The notes beneath the pieces were generated by a model. The model did not search any database. It saw nothing but the letters and a program-made list of their open reading frames with translations, and had not been told where the DNA came from. The position numbers and the translations under genes were made by a program. Shown piece by piece: positions 51,075 to 59,074 of a stretch of 64,000 nt of DNA (its first letter is position 1; every line of letters begins with the position of its first letter). This DNA is from an uncultured Verrucomicrobiota bacterium. Its GTDB lineage: Bacteria; Verrucomicrobiota; Kiritimatiellia; PWTM01. The stretch is from contig CAZSUU010000015.1 in NCBI GenBank assembly GCA_964610105.1, positions 11,600-75,599 on the forward strand, read 5' to 3'.

Positions 51075-52373
51075 CTACCCCACGAACACCACCCGCTTCG
51101 CCTTGCCGAGGCTCCGCTCGATCGTCTTCGGCTCCACCAGCGTCACCTTCGCCGACAGCCCCAGCACCGCCTGGATCTCCCTGTGGATCCGTCTCCGCAG
51201 GGCCTCGAGGCCGCGGATCTCGTCCGAGAACAGCGCCGCCGACACCTCGATCTTGATCTCCATCTCGACCATCGGATGCGAGCGGTCGACGACGATCACG
51301 TAGTGGGGTTCCGTGCCTTCGATCTTCATCAGCACGCTTTCGATCTGCGACGGGAACACGTTCACGCCGCGGATGATCAGCATGTCGTCGGTGCGCCCCG
51401 AGATGCGGTTCATCCGCCGCAGCGTGCGGCCGCAGGGGCATTCGTCGTCGCGGAGGGACGACAGGTCGCGCGTGCGGTAGCGGATCAGCGGCATGCCGCG
51501 CTTGGTCAGGCACGTGAAGACCAGCTCGCCCGTCTGGCCCGGCTCCAGCACCGCGCCCGTAGCGGGATCGATGATCTCGGGATAGAAATGATCCTCGAAC
51601 ACGTGCAGGCCGTCCTGCTGCAGGCACTCGCTCGCCACGCCGGGCCCGATGACCTCGCTCAGCCCGTAGATGTCGATCGCCTTCAGCGGGAGGCGCTGCT
51701 CGATCTGGCGGCGCATGGACTCCGTCCACGGCTCGGCGCCGAGGTACCCCACGCGCAGCTTCGTCTTCCGGAGGTCCACCCCCTGCTCCTCCGCCACCTC
51801 GGCGATCTGCAGGGCGTAGGACGGCGTGCACGAGAGCAGCGTCGTGCCCAGGTCCTGGATGAGCATGACCTGCTTGATCGTGTTGCCGCCGGACATCGGG
51901 ATCACGGTGCACCCGAGACGCTCGCCGCCGTAGTGCAGCCCCAGCCCGCCGGTGAAAAGGCCGTAGCCGTAGGCGTTCTGCATCACGTCGTCGGCCGTTC
52001 CGCCCCCGCAGCCGAGTGTGCGCGCGATCGTGTCGGCCCACAGGGCGATGTCCTCCCTCGTGTAGCCCACCACGGTCGGCTTGCCCGTCGTGCCGGAGGA
52101 GGCGTGGACGCGGACGATGTCGCGCAGCGGGACGGCGAAGAGGCCGAAGGGGTAGTTCTCGCGGAAGTCGTCCTTGACCGTGAACGGCAGTCGCACGATG
52201 TCGTCGATCGACCGGATCGAGTCCGGGGCGACCCCCGCCTCCTCGAACTTGCGCCGGTAGAACGGCACGCGCTCGTAGGCGCGTTGCACGGCCTCGTGCA
52301 GGCGTTCGCCCTGCAGTCTCCTCAGGGCCTCGCGGTCCATGCACTCATAGGTAGGGTCGAAGATCATGGTCAT
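51075..52373 (-). CDS. paaK: phenylacetate-CoA ligase paralogue
   Basis: [15 protein letters not shown] and the same C-terminal blocks as the first copy. The two copies are about 60% identical by eye. Confidence 0.85.
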   Translation of the reverse strand: MTMIFDPTYECMDREALRRLQGERLHEAVQRAYERVPFYRRKFEEAGVAPDSIRSIDDIVRLPFTVKDDFRENYPFGLFAVPLRDIVRVHASSGTTGKPTVVGYTREDIALWADTIARTLGCGGGTADDVMQNAYGYGLFTGGLGLHYGGERLGCTVIPMSGGNTIKQVMLIQDLGTTLLSCTPSYALQIAEVAEEQGVDLRKTKLRVGYLGAEPWTESMRRQIEQRLPLKAIDIYGLSEVIGPGVASECLQQDGLHVFEDHFYPEIIDPATGAVLEPGQTGELVFTCLTKRGMPLIRYRTRDLSSLRDDECPCGRTLRRMNRISGRTDDMLIIRGVNVFPSQIESVLMKIEGTEPHYVIVVDRSHPMVEMEIKIEVSAALFSDEIRGLEALRRRIHREIQAVLGLSAKVTLVEPKTIERSLGKAKRVVFVG

Positions 52374-52741
52374 GTCCCCTGGTGACTGGATCCTCGCATA
52401 TCATGCCCGCCCCCCCGGTGTCAAATCCGGCGACCGTCCCGGCCGCCGGCGGTGCGGGCGCATCGGCGGATCTGCACCCGAGGCGGCCGGCCGCACCCCG
52501 GTTTCCTCTGAACAGAAGGGGCCGCGTTTGTGTCTTGAATCCTGGGGATTGCGGAGTAGCCTGCCCCCGGTCCGTCCACGCCGCCGGCCTCTCCGCGCGC
52601 CGGCCGATGGCCGGGCCGGGGAAGAGAGGATATGAGACGACGGGCACTCGCCGAGGGCGCCCTTCTGTTGGGCATCATCGCCCGGGAGAAGGGCAAGTGG
52701 ATGCTGAAGGAACGGAGTCTCCGGCTCCCGTGACGGCCGCG

Positions 52742-53860
52742 ATGATCCCCCCCACGCGATCCTGCCTGCTGTTCTCGATCGCGCTCGGCGCGGTGCCGGC
52801 GACCGGCGCCGAGGCCGCCTCCGCGTACGGGGCGGCCGCGCGCGAGGTGACGGCGTTCATCCAGACCCATTTCTGGAACGTGCGCACGGGCTTCTACGCG
52901 CACTCGCTCAAGGACCGCAGCCCGGAGTTCATGTGGGGCAACGGCGTGATGTTCTCCGCGCTGGTCGGGGCGGCGCGTCATGAATCCGCGGCCTGGGCGC
53001 CCGTGCGCGACGGGTTCTTCCGCTCGCTCGATGCCTACTGGGACACGCGCGCCCGCGTGCCCGGCTATGAACCGAGCCCCACGCGCGGCGGCGGACACGA
53101 CAAGTACTACGACGACAATGCCTGGATGGTCCTGACCTTTCTCGAAGCCCACGAACAGACCCGCGACCCGCGCTACCTGAGCCGGGCCGAGCAGTCCCTC
53201 GCCTTCGTGCTGAGCGGCTGGGACGACGAGCGGGGCGGCGGCATCTGGTGGCACGAGGAACACAAGGGCGGCAGCAAGAACACCTGCGCCAACGCGCCCG
53301 CCGCCGTCGGCTGCCTCCGGCTGGCGAAATTCAAGCAGGGCGCGGACCGCCGCGCGCTGCTCGATCGCGCCCGCCGGATCGTCGTCTGGACCACCCGCAC
53401 TCTCCAGGCCGAGAACGGGCTCTTCGCGGACAACATATCGGTCACCAACGGCGTGGTCCATCGGGTCCAGTTGACCTACAACACGGCCCTGATGCTGCGC
53501 GCGTTTCTGGGACTGTGGCGATGGGAGGGAAAGCCGGAGGACCTCGCCGAGGCCAAGCGCATCGCCCTGGCGGCGGACCGTTTCGTCAGCCGCCGCACGG
53601 GCTGCTACCGCGACTCGGTGAAATGGTCGCACCTGATGGTCGAGGCGGATCTGGAGCTCTTCCGCGCCACCGGCGAACCCTACCTGCTGGAGCGGGCGCG
53701 CAAGAACGCCGACGGCCACTACGCCGCCTGGAAACGGCGGCCCCCGGACGAGCTCATCGACCACGCCTCCATCGCGCGCCTGCTGTGGCTGCTCGCCGAC
53801 ACCGAAACGCCGGCCGGCCGGCTCTTCTGGCAGACCTCCGACCGCGTCCCGCGGCCGTGA
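52742..53860 (+). CDS. glycoside hydrolase family 76-like protein (alpha-1,6-mannanase family), secreted
   Basis: Signal peptide MIPPTRSCLLFSIALGAVPATGA. GH76-type blocks are present: YYDDNAWMVLTFLEA (the catalytic Asp-Asp pair), GGIWW and NTCANAPAAV. Start at internal Met 121 of ORF 52382..53860. Confidence 0.6.
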   Translation: MIPPTRSCLLFSIALGAVPATGAEAASAYGAAAREVTAFIQTHFWNVRTGFYAHSLKDRSPEFMWGNGVMFSALVGAARHESAAWAPVRDGFFRSLDAYWDTRARVPGYEPSPTRGGGHDKYYDDNAWMVLTFLEAHEQTRDPRYLSRAEQSLAFVLSGWDDERGGGIWWHEEHKGGSKNTCANAPAAVGCLRLAKFKQGADRRALLDRARRIVVWTTRTLQAENGLFADNISVTNGVVHRVQLTYNTALMLRAFLGLWRWEGKPEDLAEAKRIALAADRFVSRRTGCYRDSVKWSHLMVEADLELFRATGEPYLLERARKNADGHYAAWKRRPPDELIDHASIARLLWLLADTETPAGRLFWQTSDRVPRP

Positions 53861-54099
53861 GGCACATCCTCCCGGCCATGAATCGGTCGATCGAGCCGCG
53901 CCGCGCCCCCGGCCTGCGCAGCTTCAGCGAAGCAGGCTCGGCGTGGTCGGCGGGATGAAGCCTGCCCCTCGGCGCCCGGGATCCGGTAGTCCTCCCGCCA
54001 GCGCTCCGCCGCCCGGTCGCTGCCCGCCGCGGAGATCCGGTGCAGGACCGTCAGATGCACGGCCCGCTCTACCTCAAATCCGTATCGCCGCCCAAGCCG

Positions 54100-56043
54100 T
54101 CAGTCGTAGTACCGCGCCCGTTCGTGCTCGAGCAGGTGGCCGGGGACCTCGCGGATGAAGCGCGACGGGCTGTAGAACTGCATCCCGCCATCGTGCGAGC
54201 GCCGCAGCTGCGGGACGCAGAGGAACAGCTCGTCCTTCGCCCGCGTGGTGGCGACGTAGAAGAGCCGGCGCTCCTCCGCCAGCCCGCCGCCGTGCTCGTC
54301 GGACAGCGAGCGGCCCGACGGGAACAGCCCCTCGGCCATCCACAGCACGAACACCGCCCGCCATTCGAGGCCCTTGGCCTGATGCACGGTGCTCAGCAGC
54401 ACCTGGTCCGCCTTCTCCCCCATCCGGTCGGGCTGGGTGTCGACATTGGTCAGCAGGGCCACCTCGTTCAGGAAATCGTCCACCGTCGCGAACCGGCCCA
54501 TGAAGCCGGCCATCTCCGCGATGTCCTCCAGCCGCCGCTCGAAGTCGTCGAAGTTCTCCGCGGCATAGCGCGAGTAGAACCGGTCGACGAACCCGTCGAC
54601 GAGGCCGGTGGGGGACGGCAGGACCCCGTCCGGCCCCGCGGTGAAGACCGGCTCCAGTCGCGCCCAGTCCGCCTGCGCCCCGCTCGGCAGGGCGGCCCCC
54701 AGCCGCTTCCGCTCGCCCTCCTCGCGCAGGCACACGCGGCCGCCGAAGGACCGCCAGATCTTCTGCGCGGTGCGTTCGCCGGTGCGCGGGAACAGCGACA
54801 GGAACCGCTGGAAGGCCAGCTCGTCGCCCGGATTCTGCACCCCTCGCAGGAACGCCAGGGCGTCCTTGACATGCGCCTGCTCGAAGAAGCGGACGCCCGA
54901 CGTGATGACGTAGGGCACGTTCTCGCGCGCGAGTTCGAGCTGGAGCTCCATCGCGTGGAAGTGGGCGCGGTAGAGGACCGCGATGTCGCGCAGGGCGGTC
55001 CCGCGCCGCCGGAGCTCGTGGATGCGCTGGATGACGAACCGCGCCTGCTGCAGGCCGTCGCGCAGTTCCACCAGCACCGGTCTCCGCGCATCCTGCCGCA
55101 CCGCGCGGAGGGTCTTCTGGAACTGTTCCGGGTTGCCGGCGATGCAGGCGTTGGCGACGTCGAGGATGCCCGGGACGCTGCGGTAGTTCGTTTCGAGCTT
55201 GAAGACCGCCGCGTCGGCGTACCGTTTCGGGAAGGTCAGGAAGTTCCGGAAGTCCGCCCCGCGCCAGGCGTAGATGCTCTGAAAGTCGTCGCCGACGACC
55301 AGCAGGTTCCGATGGCGCGCCGCCAGGGCGTCGACGAGGTGCGCCTGCAGCGGATTGGTGTCCTGGTACTCATCGACGAGGATGTGCAGGAACTGCTCCT
55401 GGTACCGCTCGCAGACCCCGGCGTGCTCCTGGAGGAGCCGCAGCGCGTGGACGAGCAGGTCGTCGAAGTCCATCGCGTTGAGGGCCTGCTTCCGTCGCGC
55501 GTACTCCGTCGCCGCGCGATCGAGGGCGTCGGGATCGACCAGTCCGGCGAACCGGTTCTCCGCCGTGCGGCGCAGCGGTTCCTCCCGGTTGCGGGCGAGG
55601 CTGAGGACGCTCAGCACGACATCGGGCTTCGGGAAGTGGGCCTCGTTGAGCTTCAGGTCCGCGACGCACGCGCGCATGAGCCGTTCCGCATCGTCCTGGT
55701 CGAGGATGGCGTAATCGGAGCGGTAGCCCACCCGCTGGGCGTACCGGCGCAGGATCCGGTTGCCCAGGTGATGGAAGGTCCCGCCCCACACGCCGCCCAC
55801 CGCCTCGCCGACCAGGGCGCGCGCCCGGTCGAGCATCTCGCGCGCGGCCCGGTTGGTGAAGGTGAGCAGGAGGAGACGGTTCGGGTCGATGCCGCGCTCG
55901 ACCAGGTGGGCGACGCGGTACGTGAGCGTGCGCGTCTTGCCGGTGCCGGCGGCGGCGATGACGAGCACCGGCCCGTCGGGCGCGAGGGCGGCCGCCCGCT
56001 GTTCGGGGTTCAGGGCCGCGTCGAAATCGACCGGCGCCTTCAT
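54100..56043 (-). CDS. uvrD: ATP-dependent DNA helicase UvrD/PcrA family
   Basis: Motif I AAAGTGKTRTL, motif II DEYQDTN, and C-terminal QAKGLEWRAVFV and VATTRAKDEL. Start at MKAPVDFDAALNPEQ, overlapping the NUDIX gene stop (ATGA). Confidence 0.85.
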   Translation of the reverse strand: MKAPVDFDAALNPEQRAAALAPDGPVLVIAAAGTGKTRTLTYRVAHLVERGIDPNRLLLLTFTNRAAREMLDRARALVGEAVGGVWGGTFHHLGNRILRRYAQRVGYRSDYAILDQDDAERLMRACVADLKLNEAHFPKPDVVLSVLSLARNREEPLRRTAENRFAGLVDPDALDRAATEYARRKQALNAMDFDDLLVHALRLLQEHAGVCERYQEQFLHILVDEYQDTNPLQAHLVDALAARHRNLLVVGDDFQSIYAWRGADFRNFLTFPKRYADAAVFKLETNYRSVPGILDVANACIAGNPEQFQKTLRAVRQDARRPVLVELRDGLQQARFVIQRIHELRRRGTALRDIAVLYRAHFHAMELQLELARENVPYVITSGVRFFEQAHVKDALAFLRGVQNPGDELAFQRFLSLFPRTGERTAQKIWRSFGGRVCLREEGERKRLGAALPSGAQADWARLEPVFTAGPDGVLPSPTGLVDGFVDRFYSRYAAENFDDFERRLEDIAEMAGFMGRFATVDDFLNEVALLTNVDTQPDRMGEKADQVLLSTVHQAKGLEWRAVFVLWMAEGLFPSGRSLSDEHGGGLAEERRLFYVATTRAKDELFLCVPQLRRSHDGGMQFYSPSRFIREVPGHLLEHERARYYD

Positions 56044-56570
56044 GCGGGGGACCGCCGTCGGTGAAGCGCCCAGGCCGCGACGGTCTTCGCGTCCCGCACC
56101 CGTCCCCCGGCCACCGCCGCATCGAGCTCCGCGGTCGTCATCGCCACCACCTCCACCTGCTCGTCCGCGTCGAAGTCCGTCGCCCCCCGCTCCCCGCACT
56201 CCGCGAAGAAGAGGTCGATGCGCTCGTCCGTGTAGCCGGGGGAGGAGAAGACGGTGCCGAGGTGTTCCATGGTGCGGGCCGCGTAGCCGGTCTCCTCGCG
56301 CAGCTCGCGGCGGGCGGCCTCGGCCGGCGCCTCGCCCGGGTCGTTGATCCCGGCGCAGACCTCGAGCACATGGGCCTCGACGGCCTTGCGGAACTGGCGC
56401 ACCAGCAGGTAGCGCCCGTCGGGGGCCCTCGCCAGCACGCCGACGGCGGGGGCATGGCGGACGATCTCCCGCACGCCCCGGCGGCCGTCGTCGAGGGCCA
56501 CGTCGAGCACATCGAGGGTCACCACCCGCCCCGCGTATTTCCGTTCCGATCGGACTGTCCGTTCCCTCAT
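56040..56570 (-). CDS. NUDIX hydrolase (ADP-ribose pyrophosphatase-like)
   Basis: Nudix box GINDPGEAPAEAARRELREETG. Start at MRERTV (internal Met 21). Confidence 0.7.
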   Translation of the reverse strand: MRERTVRSERKYAGRVVTLDVLDVALDDGRRGVREIVRHAPAVGVLARAPDGRYLLVRQFRKAVEAHVLEVCAGINDPGEAPAEAARRELREETGYAARTMEHLGTVFSSPGYTDERIDLFFAECGERGATDFDADEQVEVVAMTTAELDAAVAGGRVRDAKTVAAWALHRRRSPA

Positions 56571-56704
56571 CGCGCCGCTCTTTCGCCCCGGCTCCTGTGC
56601 CTGACTCGGGTGTCGAATCTCAGGTCTCAAGTTCCCGCGTCCCCGCCCGGCCTTTGCGTTTTGCCTTTTGCGGACGGATGGGGCATGGTTATGGCCCTAT
56701 CGTC

Positions 56705-57925
56705 ATGTTTCATTCAAGAAAAGAACGCGAGGCGTGGGAGGAGCGCGATCTGGCGCCGTACGCGGTGCGCAGCGCGCGCAGCCGGGGGAGGCGGTACGCC
56801 CAGCGGCCGCACGAGCTCCGCACCGAGTTCCAGCGCGATCGCGACCGGGTGATCCACGCCCGGGCGTTCCGCCGCCTGGAGTACAAGACGCAGGTGTTCG
56901 TCAACGGCACGGCCGATCACTACCGGACGCGCCTGACGCACACCATGGAGATGGCCGCCGTCTCGCGCACCCTGGCGCGGTGCCTGGGCGCCAACGAGGA
57001 GCTCGCGGAGGCGATCGCCCTGGCCCACGACATCGGCCACAGCCCGTTCGGCCACTGCGGCGAGGAGGCGCTCGACACCCTGATGAAGAGCGAGGGGGGC
57101 TTCGACCACAACGTCCAGAGCTGCCGCGCGGTGGAGCTGCTGGAAACGCCCTACCCCGACCACCCCGGCCTCAACCTGACCTGGGAGGTGCGCGCGGGAC
57201 TGCGCAAGCACGAGGCCGCGGTGCCCGGCGCCGAGCTCGACGGCCACCCGCTGGGGCCGTTCCAGTTCATCGAGGCGCAGATCGCCGACATCGCCGACGA
57301 CATGACCTACCACGCGCACGATGTCGACGACGGCCTCGATGCCGGCCTGATCGCGGAAGAGCATCTGTCGGGGCTCGAGCTCTGGACCCTGGCGTGGGAG
57401 CGGGCGCACGCGCAGCACCCCGGCGCGGGAACGGAGCGCCTGCGCTCGCTGGCCATACGCAACCTGCTCGACGTGCAGGTGGAGGACGTGCTGCGCACGA
57501 GCGCCGGCCTGCTGGACCGCCACGCGCCGGAGTCGCCGGAGCACGTGATGCGCGCCCCGGAGCGCCTGGTGAATTACAGCGCCCGCCTGCGCGCGCTGCT
57601 CGACCCGCTGCGCGCGTTCCTTTTCCGGAACGTCTACTTCCATCCCGCGGTCTCCGGCGCTAACGAGGAGGCCGTCCGGCTGATGCGGCGGCTCTTCATG
57701 CACTACGTCGAACACCCCGAAGCGATGGGCCGCAAGGCGCAGGCGCGGATCGCGACCGACGGACTCTGGCGCACCGCCTGCGACTACGTCGCCGGATGCA
57801 CGGACCGGTACGCGCTGGAGGAGATCCACCGCTTCGGGCTCGACCGGGACGGACCCGCGGGGACGGGTCCGCGAAAGGAAGGAGGCCCCCCCCATGATAC
57901 GCGAAGCGATTGCGAAGCTGGTTGA
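56705..57925 (+). CDS. dgt: dGTP triphosphohydrolase-like HD-domain phosphohydrolase
   Basis: HD motif HTMEMAAVSR...LAHDIGHSPFGH. Start at MFHSRKEREAWEERDLAPYA. The 3' end overlaps trpD by 32 nt. Confidence 0.75.
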   Translation: MFHSRKEREAWEERDLAPYAVRSARSRGRRYAQRPHELRTEFQRDRDRVIHARAFRRLEYKTQVFVNGTADHYRTRLTHTMEMAAVSRTLARCLGANEELAEAIALAHDIGHSPFGHCGEEALDTLMKSEGGFDHNVQSCRAVELLETPYPDHPGLNLTWEVRAGLRKHEAAVPGAELDGHPLGPFQFIEAQIADIADDMTYHAHDVDDGLDAGLIAEEHLSGLELWTLAWERAHAQHPGAGTERLRSLAIRNLLDVQVEDVLRTSAGLLDRHAPESPEHVMRAPERLVNYSARLRALLDPLRAFLFRNVYFHPAVSGANEEAVRLMRRLFMHYVEHPEAMGRKAQARIATDGLWRTACDYVAGCTDRYALEEIHRFGLDRDGPAGTGPRKEGGPPHDTRSDCEAG

Positions 57926-58907
57926 CGGCCGGGCGCTCGACGGCCATGAGGCGCGGGAGGCGCTGCGGGAGATCATGGCCGGGACGGCGACGCCGGCGCA
58001 GATCGGCGCGTTCATCACGGCGCTCCGCATCCGGGGCGAAACCCCGGAGGTCATCGCCGGCTGCGCGGAGGCGATGCGGGAGAACTTCACGCCCGTCGCC
58101 ACCGACGGCGGGATCGTCGTCGACACGTGCGGCACGGGCGGCGACGGGGCGCAGACCTTCAACATCTCCACCGGCGCCGCCCTCGTCGCGGCCGGCGCGG
58201 GCGTGCGGGTGGCCAAGCACGGCAACCGAAGCGTCTCCAGCCGGTGCGGCAGCGCCGACGTGCTGGCGGCGCTCGGCGTCAACATCGCCGTCACGCGGGA
58301 ACGCATGGCCGCCTGCCTCCGCGAGATCGGGATCGCGTTCCTCTTCGCCCCGTCGCTTCACCCGGCGATGAAGCACGCGGTCGGTCCCCGCAAGGAGATC
58401 GGCATCCGGAGCATCTTCAACATCCTCGGCCCGCTGTCCAACCCGGCCGGCACCCGCCACGGGGTGCTGGGGGTCTACCACCGCGATCTCGTCGAGGTCA
58501 TGGCCGGCGCCGCCGCACGGCTTGGCGCCGCCCGCCTGTTCATCGTCCATGGCCTGGATGGCCTGGACGAGATCACCCTCGCCGGCCCGAGCATGATCGC
58601 GGAAGTCCGCGACGGCCGGGTGGAGACGTCGGTCCTGAGGCCCGAGGACGTCGGACTCGCATCCTGCCGGACGGGCGACCTCGCCGGCGGCGACGCGGCT
58701 GAGAACGCGGCCATTCTCCGCGCAATCCTGGAGGGGGCGCGCGGCCCCCGGCGCGACGTGGTGACCCTCAACGCCGCCGCCGCGATCGTCGCGGGCGGAC
58801 GCGCCGCCGATCTCCGCGAAGGCGTGGAGCGGGCGCGCGCCGCCCTCGACTCCGGCGCGGCGGGGGAGCGCCTGGACGCCCTCATCCGCATGACCACCGA
58901 GGCCTGA
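57894..58907 (+). CDS. trpD: anthranilate phosphoribosyltransferase
   Basis: DTCGTGGDG and KHGNRSVSS motifs. 337 aa. Confidence 0.85.
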   Translation: MIREAIAKLVDGRALDGHEAREALREIMAGTATPAQIGAFITALRIRGETPEVIAGCAEAMRENFTPVATDGGIVVDTCGTGGDGAQTFNISTGAALVAAGAGVRVAKHGNRSVSSRCGSADVLAALGVNIAVTRERMAACLREIGIAFLFAPSLHPAMKHAVGPRKEIGIRSIFNILGPLSNPAGTRHGVLGVYHRDLVEVMAGAAARLGAARLFIVHGLDGLDEITLAGPSMIAEVRDGRVETSVLRPEDVGLASCRTGDLAGGDAAENAAILRAILEGARGPRRDVVTLNAAAAIVAGGRAADLREGVERARAALDSGAAGERLDALIRMTTEA

Positions 58908-59074
58908 GGCCGCGGACCGACGGGGGAGGGCTGCCGGCCCCGCCGCCGGCGCCGTCCGTCGGCGTCAACCCGCCGGCCGGTTCGCGGCGCGTTTTCGATT
59001 GCGGGCACCCTTCGGCATCAAATATAGTCGCAGCGCGACTTGTCGGGTGGCGAGAGCGAGGGCGTGCGGCCGAA

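Noticed and set aside
54040-56064. 674-aa plus-strand ORF antisense to uvrD
   Set aside because: The UvrD motifs are on the minus strand.
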